Of a DNA stretch of 64,000 nucleotides, positions 1 to 8,191 are shown piece by piece (position 1 is the stretch's first letter; each line of letters starts with the position of its first letter). The notes beneath the pieces are model-generated. The model did no database searches. It was not told where the DNA came from and saw only the letters and a program-made list of their open reading frames with translations. Position numbers and translations under genes: made by a program. Where the stretch lies: IMG/VR virus record IMGVR_UViG_3300036715_000468. One strand, 5' to 3'. This DNA is from a virus.

Positions 1-105
1 TGATGCAATTAAGAAATCTATGTGACCCTTAACATCTTTCAATGTTCGGTTAAAATCATACGGAGAGACTGTTGTCTCACGCACTTTTATTTGTTTCTTA
101 GTCAT
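1..105 (-). CDS. partial CDS, N-terminal portion of a gene whose 3' end lies upstream of the window start
   Basis: ATG near 103-105 on the minus strand preceded by a GGAG-like RBS; ORF runs off the window edge. Confidence 0.3.
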   Translation of the reverse strand, partial: MTKKQIKVRETTVSPYDFNRTLKDVKGHIDFLIAS

Positions 106-190
106 TTGTTGCTCCGTAAATTAAAAAACCCATATACAAATTATAGTATATGGGCTTTGTGTATGCAAGCGGTTTAACCGCTTATTATAC

Positions 191-1408
191 TTACTTCTTA
201 GCTCTTACCGTTAAGTCTACACCAAGTTCTTTTGCAGTTTTAGCAGTCATTAAGTCTACTAAAGACGCCGCATTATTGCCGCCATTAGCTTGCCCGTTTC
301 CGCCCATAACTACAGCAGGACTCCATGCACCAGGCGCCGCTTTTTCTATAGCTTGAGCATACATTTGATTGATTTTAATCAATGCATCAATTTTTGGCGT
401 AAGTTGTCCGTCAGCTTCCATAACCAAACGCTTACGAGCAGCTTCACCTTCACCACGCAATGTTTCAGATTTCTTAAACGCTTCAGCTTCTTTCACACTT
501 GCATCAGCAATAACTACTCGAGCCTGTGCAGTTGCAATAGTCTTTGCATTTTCTACTTCCTGTTCCCATTTCGCTTTGGATGCATTAGCTTCGCCTTGAC
601 TAATTGTAGTCAACTTTTCTTGCTCTGCTTTGATAGAATTTGCTTTACTAATCTGAACCGCAGTTGTTGCTTTCTGACGCTCAGTGATTTGCTTTTCTAC
701 GTCATCGCTATACTTGATTTGATTGATAGACACAGCTTGCAATACTAGCCCGTAGTCAGTTAATTGGCTCGAACTTTCACGCTCTGGCTTACCGTGTTCA
801 TCCAATACAATCGCTACCATGTTAACGGTTTTGTCTAAATTAGTGATCGGATCTTTAACAACCGTTGCAACTGTTTTAGTCAAGTATGTTCCATGTGCTA
901 ATTGGTCGTCGATATATTTAGGAATGTCTGGTCGTTTCTCTGCCGAGCTTTCTGTCGATGACATAGTGGGGCCAACATTATAAATAACCTTCTGCACTGC
1001 TGTACGCATTAATTGCTGTTCAATTGCAACAATGCTACCGAAATCTCTATGTAGTCGAATAATTTTATCGCATGTCAGTGGCATGGCCCAATTAATGGTT
1101 CCAGAAATATTAGCATGGCCACCATCATTAAACCGAGTTTGGATAGATTCATCGATCGGTTTACCCTGATCCATAGTTGCACTAAATGAAAATTGATCGC
1201 GGCGCGAGTAAGTAGTTATCTTACCCATACCCTGCCACGACCAACCTGGCTCAGTCAAACATGTCATGTTGCCGCTAATACTTTGGCGAACTACGACTGT
1301 TTTTGCATCCACATTCGTCAGTAATTGTGGTAAGATAATTAGTGCAGCAAATAATACTATCACACCAATTACCATTGTGGCGATTCGCCCAATAGTTAAG
1401 TTCATCAT
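191..1408 (-). CDS. flotillin-like SPFH/band-7 membrane protein (YqiK/FloA-like)
   Basis: N-terminal TM helix, SPFH-like core, long Ala/Glu/Lys-rich coiled coil, Gly/Asn-rich C-terminus; architecture matches bacterial flotillins. Confidence 0.75.
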   Translation of the reverse strand: MMNLTIGRIATMVIGVIVLFAALIILPQLLTNVDAKTVVVRQSISGNMTCLTEPGWSWQGMGKITTYSRRDQFSFSATMDQGKPIDESIQTRFNDGGHANISGTINWAMPLTCDKIIRLHRDFGSIVAIEQQLMRTAVQKVIYNVGPTMSSTESSAEKRPDIPKYIDDQLAHGTYLTKTVATVVKDPITNLDKTVNMVAIVLDEHGKPERESSSQLTDYGLVLQAVSINQIKYSDDVEKQITERQKATTAVQISKANSIKAEQEKLTTISQGEANASKAKWEQEVENAKTIATAQARVVIADASVKEAEAFKKSETLRGEGEAARKRLVMEADGQLTPKIDALIKINQMYAQAIEKAAPGAWSPAVVMGGNGQANGGNNAASLVDLMTAKTAKELGVDLTVRAKK

Positions 1409-1650
1409 TCTTTCTTCTCCGATTCTGCCTTACGGCGGTTAACTTGCGACAATAAATCTTGCAAATGTGTATATTGTGCCAGTTCTTCAAGTTCGTGTTG
1501 CGTTTTCGTAATTTCGTCTTTCACCGCAGATTTACGGAAAAATGGAAATAACGGCTCACCCGTATATAACGGGACAATCAATTCTATTATTACAGCAATC
1601 ATCAATAATAATGCTACCATAACAACCAACATATCGATAAAAATTACCAT
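1405..1650 (-). CDS. small membrane protein translationally coupled to the flotillin gene (possible NfeD-like partner)
   Basis: 81 aa, hydrophobic N-terminus, 4-nt overlap with the downstream flotillin gene; YqiJ-YqiK-like arrangement, but it is much shorter than NfeD. Confidence 0.4.
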   Translation of the reverse strand: MVIFIDMLVVMVALLLMIAVIIELIVPLYTGEPLFPFFRKSAVKDEITKTQHELEELAQYTHLQDLLSQVNRRKAESEKKE

Positions 1651-1712
1651 CTACTTCTCCTTATGTAACAAACATATTATACTCTATAATCGGCTTTAAT
1701 GCAAACGGTTTA

Positions 1713-1910
1713 TTATAGTTTACCACCGGCAGCTTTGTAAGCCCTCATATTCCAACCATAATTACTTAATGTATATGAGGCGATACGATTGCGCCCTTTA
1801 CTACCCATCCAACCAACAGGAATCGACAATAACTCGCGCTGGAGTATTTTCTGCATTTCTGCGATGGGTATTCTTACTAGTGCATCGAAGGTGTCTTGTT
1901 CAGTTTTCAT
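1713..1910 (-). CDS. hypothetical protein
   Basis: 65-aa ORF in the minus-strand gene series. Confidence 0.3.
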   Translation of the reverse strand: MKTEQDTFDALVRIPIAEMQKILQRELLSIPVGWMGSKGRNRIASYTLSNYGWNMRAYKAAGGKL

Positions 1911-2243
1911 TTTACATATCTTTCGGCGATGTTATGGCGTCACAGGCTGATTTAGTTGAAATTGTGCATACCCTTAAACAGGTATTGTGCGTAAAAGGAT
2001 AATATGTATAAAAAATTACCATCCGAAGTAGCACAGATTCAGAGTGATGCGGAAAGTATCATTTTGTGTCTTAACGCGACAATGCGTAATTGATGTAAGC
2101 AAACAAGAAGGAAAGAAATGCGCCGAAGAAATTGCCCATCATTAAGTCGCGTAGGCCGGAAGTAACAAGCCAGCCGATAATAAACCATGTGATGTTCGAT
2201 TGATTTCTGAAATACCACATTCTGAATTTGTTTGTAAAGTTAT

Positions 2244-2426
2244 TCATTTTCTTTCCTTATAAAGTGCTTCGCACTCAGTTTTGTTAAGTTTACCACTATC
2301 CATACAGCCAAGAACAAATGCCTTATGTTCCAATTTTTCTTCTGCACTATGTTTCAGAATTACTATTACTGACACAAATACTGCAAATACTGCAAAATAC
2401 ATCGCTAAAGTTGTAAATTTACTCAT
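2244..2426 (-). CDS. small membrane protein
   Basis: 60 aa, one hydrophobic helix; sits in a chain of overlapping small membrane ORFs. Confidence 0.35.
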   Translation of the reverse strand: MSKFTTLAMYFAVFAVFVSVIVILKHSAEEKLEHKAFVLGCMDSGKLNKTECEALYKERK

Positions 2427-2704
2427 CTTCGACTCCTCCTATATGTTCCACTACCTTTTAATTTTTCCCACATCATGTCTTCTGTTTGTCTAACACGGAG
2501 CCATGTAGCCCACGGAATAATGACTGGAAGACTAATAATCCATATCGGAATAATTATTATCGTTAAAATTACAACAAATATCCATATGCAAATATTCATC
2601 ATCGGTGTATCATTAAGAACTAAGCTTTCCAACGTAATGAGACTCCATAATATTCCGGGTATGTCTTTACATACTAATAAAAATTCTTTAAACAAAGCCT
2701 TCAT
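2423..2704 (-). CDS. membrane protein
   Basis: 93 aa with two strongly hydrophobic segments (IWIFVVILTIIIIPIWIISLPVII); overlaps neighbours by 4 nt. Confidence 0.4.
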   Translation of the reverse strand: MKALFKEFLLVCKDIPGILWSLITLESLVLNDTPMMNICIWIFVVILTIIIIPIWIISLPVIIPWATWLRVRQTEDMMWEKLKGSGTYRRSRR

Positions 2705-2746
2705 AACTACTCCTGTACCTTACTGTATTATATTGTCTACCTGCTG

Positions 2747-2935
2747 TCAACCGGCATATTTTAATTTTAGAAAAAGAATGTCGTCCTCGGGTATATCACA
2801 CATAAATGCAATTTCATCGATTGTGTAATATCCGAGGATAAGTCTCCATGCACCGTTTTCGAACCGTGGATGATATACAGTACCGGTTAAACCCGTATAG
2901 CTATATTCGGTAAGTTCGACGGTGCTATTTTCCAT
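2747..2935 (-). CDS. hypothetical protein
   Basis: 62-aa ORF overlapping the phosphatase gene start. Confidence 0.3.
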   Translation of the reverse strand: MENSTVELTEYSYTGLTGTVYHPRFENGAWRLILGYYTIDEIAFMCDIPEDDILFLKLKYAG

Positions 2936-3845
2936 CGAGATCAGCTTGTGTAATTACTACAGGCTCTACTTCGCGAAATGTTGTTTCAGTTGCTTGATAA
3001 AATTTCCAAGTATCCAATTCAACACATGTCAATGCTGCCCAATCCTTAGGAACAATTTCCGCAGATGAATACGGCACTGCCGGTTGCCAATAAGAATTAT
3101 ACGCACCTGTATCAATATTTGTTTGTCCAACAACTGTGACAGGTTTTTGTAAAATTGTGTGGCCCGAAATGATATGTGATAGATCATCATTGAATATGTT
3201 TATCCTTCGGCTCTTTACATTGGCTATAGTTAATTCTTTATTTTCGAGATTTTTACTATACAAGTTATAGAATATATTCCGTGACCATAAAAATGCATCA
3301 CCATCTCCACGCTGTGTAGTAGCTAATGCTAATAAATCGACAGGGTCAGCTAACCGTGCATCAGTAATAGTGCCTGCGTTGGTCGGAAGTTCGGCATGTA
3401 TTAAGTGAAACTTCTTTCCGGATTTTGTATTTACGGTAATAAGAAACGGTAGTTCCTCGACAAGCGGAATTAATTCATGCAGCTCGACACTTTCTTCGGC
3501 TGGAATGCATCCGTCCATTGTATCGTTATATGCTTCGGCACCCCAGAATCCGCCATTCTGGTACCAATAGTTGCCCATAATTCCGCCTTTAAATTTCTGA
3601 ACCATCATCTGTTCGTGGTTAGCAAGCACGGAAGCAAACCAAGGCTCGCGTATTAGTCCCAAACACTTAAGGCTTTCAGGTCCGCGATCAACTAAGTCGC
3701 CGACAGAGAACATACGGTCAACAGTAAGGTCGAAATTAAGTTCTTTTAATAGATTCAGGAATACACTATACGAGCCGTGTAAATCCCCTATGCAGAAATC
3801 TCTGCCAAGTAAATTTGGTGCAAATGTTCTTATTGGGTTTATCAT
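2925..3845 (-). CDS. PPP-family Ser/Thr protein phosphatase or phosphoesterase (lambda PPase / PrpA / ApaH-like) with an extra C-terminal domain
   Basis: GDLHG, GDLVDRGP and ANHE motifs in the first ~100 aa match metallophosphoesterase motifs I-III; an additional ~150-aa C-terminal region. Confidence 0.75.
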   Translation of the reverse strand: MINPIRTFAPNLLGRDFCIGDLHGSYSVFLNLLKELNFDLTVDRMFSVGDLVDRGPESLKCLGLIREPWFASVLANHEQMMVQKFKGGIMGNYWYQNGGFWGAEAYNDTMDGCIPAEESVELHELIPLVEELPFLITVNTKSGKKFHLIHAELPTNAGTITDARLADPVDLLALATTQRGDGDAFLWSRNIFYNLYSKNLENKELTIANVKSRRINIFNDDLSHIISGHTILQKPVTVVGQTNIDTGAYNSYWQPAVPYSSAEIVPKDWAALTCVELDTWKFYQATETTFREVEPVVITQADLDGK

Positions 3846-4282
3846 GTATTTATTCCGAAGTGTGAGTGAATTTGTTTGGCAAAATGTTTGCTCGGCTTAT
3901 AATTTAGGTTCGGCGGGTCTCGCTGTGCTAAACACACATCAGCGCATTCATCGATAATCAATTTTGCGAATTTCTCTATTTGTCCATCCTGAGCATCGTA
4001 ATATGCTTGTAATCCCGATTGTTCTAAAAGTGCTTTAATTCTGCCATTTATGGGCTTGTATTCGCCACGGGAAGACATTGCTTCTCGGGATTGCAGACGT
4101 ATATTTTCTATTTCTGCCAGTAATTCACGTTCCATGTATGTGCCCCATTCACCCGAAGCCCACTCGACTGAATAACCATACTCGCCGTTGAAATCTGAGT
4201 CTGCCGGTAGAAGAATTTCCGTAATCGTGGCTTCTTCATTATCTGCTATTACTAATTCACCGATATTAAATTTTGGTATCAT
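3842..4282 (-). CDS. hypothetical protein (tandem paralog A)
   Basis: 146 aa; ends ...HFGINT, like the next gene; 4-nt overlap. Confidence 0.45.
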   Translation of the reverse strand: MIPKFNIGELVIADNEEATITEILLPADSDFNGEYGYSVEWASGEWGTYMERELLAEIENIRLQSREAMSSRGEYKPINGRIKALLEQSGLQAYYDAQDGQIEKFAKLIIDECADVCLAQRDPPNLNYKPSKHFAKQIHSHFGINT

Positions 4283-4527
4283 GTATCTATTCCGAAATGT
4301 TTCTTAAATTCTTTTGTAACTTCGATAGTTGCTTCATTCCATGCCCTGCGTTCGTCAGTACCCGGCTCATAAGTGCCACATGTAGCTTTTTCACTAATAG
4401 TCATACACTGTTTAATAATCGCAGTAGCAAAGTCTTCGATGTTTCTGGGACTTATTAAAATACGGCCGTTTATCGTCGAGTCATGTCCTGTTGATCTTAT
4501 AAACAGTTTTCTAATTTCTTCGTTCAT
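4279..4527 (-). CDS. hypothetical protein (tandem paralog B)
   Basis: 82 aa; C-terminal ...KKHFGIDT and an internal IIKQC segment parallel the 3842..4282 product. Confidence 0.45.
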   Translation of the reverse strand: MNEEIRKLFIRSTGHDSTINGRILISPRNIEDFATAIIKQCMTISEKATCGTYEPGTDERRAWNEATIEVTKEFKKHFGIDT

Positions 4528-4563
4528 TTATTAACTCCGAGTCAAGTTTATTCCTGGTACTCA

Positions 4564-4776
4564 TTATTTTCCTAATTTAGATAATACTTCTGCTTTACTT
4601 TGTTGTAGCTGACATAAGAACTGTCTATATACTCCTAATGCAGCTATATCCATTTTATCGGGTGCCTCAATAGATTCCAACTCTGATATCTTTTTTACAA
4701 GTGATGCTGCTGCTTCTCTGTGCCTGAGAATATCTGCCTTTAATCCTTTAGCATCTTTCCAGAAAAACTTTTTCAT
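4564..4776 (-). CDS. hypothetical protein
   Basis: 70-aa ORF, 4-nt overlap with the upstream gene. Confidence 0.35.
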   Translation of the reverse strand: MKKFFWKDAKGLKADILRHREAAASLVKKISELESIEAPDKMDIAALGVYRQFLCQLQQSKAEVLSKLGK

Positions 4777-5216
4777 TTTATCAGGCCTTTACGCTTTCTG
4801 CGTTCGATCTCTTTTTTGTAAATTTTTGGCGACATCCGTTGACCACCTATCCAGTATTCCTTCGGATGCCCTTTCGCATCCACTGCCGGGCCATCTAATC
4901 TATGAAATTTACCGTCGACGAGCCAGAATTTACTACCTTTATGCTGATACGCAGGGCCATCTAATCTATGAAAATTACCGTCTTTATACCATGCTTCAAT
5001 GCCATACTTTGTGCTAACATATGCAGGGCCGTATATTCGATGATATACATTCTCCTTATTTATATAGACTGCATCAAGTGGCCCGGTTGCCCACCCCCAC
5101 CAATCTTCCCATAAACGTCCGTTACTATAATAATGTGGCCGGCATGGTGATCGCCACGATTTGTCAATCATTAGCGTTTCGAATAGTGCATCTTCTGATT
5201 TATTGATATCATCCAT
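4773..5216 (-). CDS. MORN-variant repeat protein (YwqK-like)
   Basis: three tandem repeats of W/F-x-x-D-G-K-F-H-R-L-D-G-P-A (HRIYGPAY, HRLDGPAY, HRLDGPAV). Confidence 0.55.
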   Translation of the reverse strand: MDDINKSEDALFETLMIDKSWRSPCRPHYYSNGRLWEDWWGWATGPLDAVYINKENVYHRIYGPAYVSTKYGIEAWYKDGNFHRLDGPAYQHKGSKFWLVDGKFHRLDGPAVDAKGHPKEYWIGGQRMSPKIYKKEIERRKRKGLIK

Positions 5217-5233
5217 CGCTAATTATAGCTTTT

Positions 5234-5584
5234 TTAGTCAGGTCTGTCAAGTTGACAACAAGTTTCCAAGAAAGGTTCGATACCACCAGCCAGTTTAATA
5301 ACCATGGCATCCATTTCCGAAAATAATATTAATCGCTTTGCAGTGAAAAAATAGGGATACTCCATCTTCGACATTCCGCGCTGGTGTCGAGACATAATCG
5401 TATCGGGTAACTCAAACGAATACGCAGTGAAGATTTTCTTTATCAATCGGAAGCCTGTCAGCGATAACCGTAATCCTTCTATGTGCATGAATAATAATTT
5501 GTTTAATGCTAAGTCATCCGATTGCTGATACTCTGCGAAAGATTTCCTTACTTCTATAAAAATTAGTATTTTAAGTGGATGCAT
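5234..5584 (-). CDS. hypothetical protein
   Basis: 116-aa ORF. Confidence 0.4.
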   Translation of the reverse strand: MHPLKILIFIEVRKSFAEYQQSDDLALNKLLFMHIEGLRLSLTGFRLIKKIFTAYSFELPDTIMSRHQRGMSKMEYPYFFTAKRLILFSEMDAMVIKLAGGIEPFLETCCQLDRPD

Positions 5585-5808
5585 TATACAAGCCAGCGAA
5601 TTATTCCGATAATATTAATAAAAACAAAAAAGTAACTTTGGTGTGTTATTACTTTAGGCGCAGTAGTACCATGTAATAAATATATGGATGCAATATTAGA
5701 CAGTAAGAATAATATGTAAGCCCATCCGGATATCGGTATATGTAATGCTAATAATAATGATGCTGATACAGCACCCCACAGCGAGATTCGTTCTAATAGT
5801 TTTTTCAT
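5584..5808 (-). CDS. small membrane protein
   Basis: 74 aa, two hydrophobic helices; 1-nt overlap. Confidence 0.4.
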   Translation of the reverse strand: MKKLLERISLWGAVSASLLLALHIPISGWAYILFLLSNIASIYLLHGTTAPKVITHQSYFFVFINIIGIIRWLV

Positions 5809-5860
5809 AGATTACAGTATAACACATATACAAAAAATAAACAACTAAATCATATAACGA

Positions 5861-5868
5861 GATAAATA
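5861..5868 (+). promoter_or_regulatory. T4 late-promoter-like GATAAATA element 5 nt upstream of the ATG at 5874
   Basis: gataaata-tagat-ATG; no Shine-Dalgarno; same layout recurs at 36971, 52182, 27677(-) and 36934(-). Confidence 0.4.
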
Positions 5869-5873
5869 TAGAT

Positions 5874-6248
5874 ATGAAAATACGTGAGACAATTTTAGAA
5901 CCAATGATAACTCATTTGCTCAATCTATGCAAACAAGAACTGGGAATATCCGAGTTACCTACCGTTCGAATGATAAGTGATGATCCTGCAATTAAGTCGG
6001 GTGATAAGATGTCATTCGGTCAATTCGATGGCCAAACTATAGAAGTAATAACAACTGGAAGACATCCAGTTGACATATTTAGAACGCTGGCGCATGAACT
6101 GACACACTGGAAACAAAAACTTTCAGGTCAGGAGATGGACGGTGAAGACGGTAGCGATATAGAGAACGAAGCTAATGCGCAAGCTGGTGTAATAATGCGT
6201 AAGTTCGGTGAAAAGTATCCCGAGTGTTTTACTAGTTCGCTGCCCTAA
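5874..6248 (+). CDS. small HExxH zinc-metallopeptidase-like protein
   Basis: AHELTHW motif (HExxH) followed by an EN-E-ANAQ segment; 124 aa; a lone plus-strand gene in a minus-strand region. Confidence 0.45.
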   Translation: MKIRETILEPMITHLLNLCKQELGISELPTVRMISDDPAIKSGDKMSFGQFDGQTIEVITTGRHPVDIFRTLAHELTHWKQKLSGQEMDGEDGSDIENEANAQAGVIMRKFGEKYPECFTSSLP

Positions 6249-6570
6249 CATCAAACACTAATCTAAAAGCAGTCTCGTCTTCCGGTGTTAAAATAAGATT
6301 TAGAACTAAATCAGCCTCAAGAGTTTGCATACTATTTATAACTGTGCCGAACGAACGAACTCCTGTATCAGCTACCCATTTATACACATCTGGCAGATAT
6401 TGTTTGACAAAATGTGTTACAACACGGCTATGATATAATACATCGCTTTCATAGAATTCCCTGGGCAATTCTCTCTTACAACTAGACATCCAACTCCAAT
6501 CTACACGACCGACCTTATATACAGAATATATAATGTCGTTGACATGTTGTTTACCGTAATATTTAATCAT
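6232..6570 (-). CDS. hypothetical protein
   Basis: 112-aa ORF. Confidence 0.4.
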   Translation of the reverse strand: MIKYYGKQHVNDIIYSVYKVGRVDWSWMSSCKRELPREFYESDVLYHSRVVTHFVKQYLPDVYKWVADTGVRSFGTVINSMQTLEADLVLNLILTPEDETAFRLVFDVRAAN

Positions 6571-6596
6571 AACATATTATATACTCTTACATGCTA

Positions 6597-6890
6597 CTAG
6601 TCATCGACTTCGGTGCAAACTTCCCCAACTGTTAATTTAACAACAGTAAAATCTGTAGTCTTAAACATCTTATTTAACCGTTCAGCCAAGTTAAAGGCAT
6701 GCCCCGAATTAGAAAAACTTACTTTCTTATATTTTGGGCCAGGATATGAAATAAGGTGGCTAAGTGTCCGAAGATTAATTGGCTTACCTAGATAGAATAC
6801 TGCATAAATCGCATCGGCATTAAGCACTTGTTCAGCTTTATAACTTTTATTTACATTCTCTAAAAGTATTTGTGGTTTAGGTCGAGCCAT
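6597..6890 (-). CDS. hypothetical protein
   Basis: 97-aa ORF; GATAAATA motif on the minus strand 24 nt upstream (plus coordinates 6914..6921). Confidence 0.4.
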   Translation of the reverse strand: MARPKPQILLENVNKSYKAEQVLNADAIYAVFYLGKPINLRTLSHLISYPGPKYKKVSFSNSGHAFNLAERLNKMFKTTDFTVVKLTVGEVCTEVDD

Positions 6891-6913
6891 TACATTTCTC
6901 CAATAATATATAC

Positions 6914-6965
6914 ATATTTATCTAAATATATACTTTTAATGACTATTAGGAAACGATGATAAATA
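6914..6965. promoter_or_regulatory. divergent pair of GATAAATA late-promoter-like elements (minus 6914..6921, plus 6958..6965)
   Basis: tatttatc on plus equals GATAAATA on minus, upstream of 6890; gataaata on plus upstream of 6984. Confidence 0.35.
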
Positions 6966-6983
6966 GCTTACTATGGGAATATT

Positions 6984-7196
6984 ATGAGATTATTTGAATT
7001 GTTTGAAGGGCGAGTAAAGAATGCTGGCATGGACGGTACGTATCAAGCATCTGTACCTAAGCGAGTTGGAAAATTTTGTATATCAATTAATGGAAAGAAA
7101 TGGGGAAATTTCGACACACATAATGCTGCCATGAAAGTAGCAGAACGTAAGTATGCAGAAAATCCCAAATTACATATATCAGTAGTACCTCGTTAA
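6984..7196 (+). CDS. hypothetical protein
   Basis: 70-aa plus-strand ORF. Confidence 0.35.
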   Translation: MRLFELFEGRVKNAGMDGTYQASVPKRVGKFCISINGKKWGNFDTHNAAMKVAERKYAENPKLHISVVPR

Positions 7197-7390
7197 AAAG
7201 TACCACCATCTATAATACGCACTGTGGGCGGTTCCACAACAATTGGCGCAGATACTACCTTGACGACCGGTATAGCTAAGTTATCAATCTCGCTTAATAA
7301 CTCTTTTGCTTCAGCTACAGTCATTCTATATTCTGTCACATTCCGCTGAACGTTCCTTAACCTTGCACGTAGTTTATTGATTTCGGACAT
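7193..7390 (-). CDS. hypothetical protein
   Basis: 65-aa ORF. Confidence 0.3.
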   Translation of the reverse strand: MSEINKLRARLRNVQRNVTEYRMTVAEAKELLSEIDNLAIPVVKVVSAPIVVEPPTVRIIDGGTF

Positions 7391-7393
7391 TAA

Positions 7394-7885
7394 TTACTTG
7401 TTCTTTTCTTTACGATTCTTTGTCAATGATAGACGCATTTCCATTTCAGTCTTCCACGGCCCTGTATATTCGTATGCTTCCAGTGTCGATAGTTTAGGGC
7501 AATATGCAGGCATCCAATTCTTAGGAAAATTAAGGCAATAGTATCCTGCACTGTAATAAACGTCACTGCTCGCCTTTTTACTGAACAATGGTAATTTATT
7601 ACCCTTCAGAATTACTTCGTTCGGCATATCGAAATCTACAGGATATCCATTTATGAAATAATCTTTTTTAACATCTTCTATTGTTGTAGATTCTATAACA
7701 TTACAGAATACATCTTCATTAAAAAATTTGTTGACTTCTTTACGATTAATGAATTGCTGTTTCTCGCCTTTAACCATTAGCACATATTGACTACGAATTT
7801 CAGTCAACAATCCTATTTTGTTTTCTTCGGCATCACCTATTACTAACCAGCAAGTTTCTGTGATAGGCTTTAATTTTACGGACAT
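7394..7885 (-). CDS. hypothetical protein
   Basis: 163-aa ORF. Confidence 0.45.
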   Translation of the reverse strand: MSVKLKPITETCWLVIGDAEENKIGLLTEIRSQYVLMVKGEKQQFINRKEVNKFFNEDVFCNVIESTTIEDVKKDYFINGYPVDFDMPNEVILKGNKLPLFSKKASSDVYYSAGYYCLNFPKNWMPAYCPKLSTLEAYEYTGPWKTEMEMRLSLTKNRKEKNK

Positions 7886-8181
7886 AGTGTTCCTTTAATA
7901 AATTTTGATAATTTTTCAAATTCAGCATAATGAACAGTTAATAATTCATTACCTTTGTAATCTGTAATCGTTGCGTATTCTTCACTTCGACCCTTATAAT
8001 GCACATACGCCTTAAGAGTTGTATTGTTCTTTTTTAAGTGTATAACCGTTCGACCAACAGAAACATCGACACCTTCTCTGACTAGATCACCCATCAACGA
8101 AATTGCATTAGCAGAGAATAGTGATGAGCTCCATCCATTATTCTTTTCGTATTCTTCTAATGACTTATTCATCCCGGCCAT
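7876..8181 (-). CDS. hypothetical protein
   Basis: 101-aa ORF. Confidence 0.4.
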   Translation of the reverse strand: MAGMNKSLEEYEKNNGWSSSLFSANAISLMGDLVREGVDVSVGRTVIHLKKNNTTLKAYVHYKGRSEEYATITDYKGNELLTVHYAEFEKLSKFIKGTLCP

Positions 8182-8191
8182 ATTACGCTCC

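Noticed and set aside
150-748. Plus-strand ORFs 150..356, 290..748 and 369..599 overlapping the flotillin gene
   Set aside because: They lie antisense to, and fully embedded in, a strongly supported minus-strand gene. The products are Cys/Phe/Ser-rich and low-complexity, as expected for shadow ORFs. The same reasoning applies to other antisense ORFs in the track, for example 13673..14110, 29160..29708, 30276..30554, 30873..31220, 34135..35757, 55634..56128 and 59365..59661.
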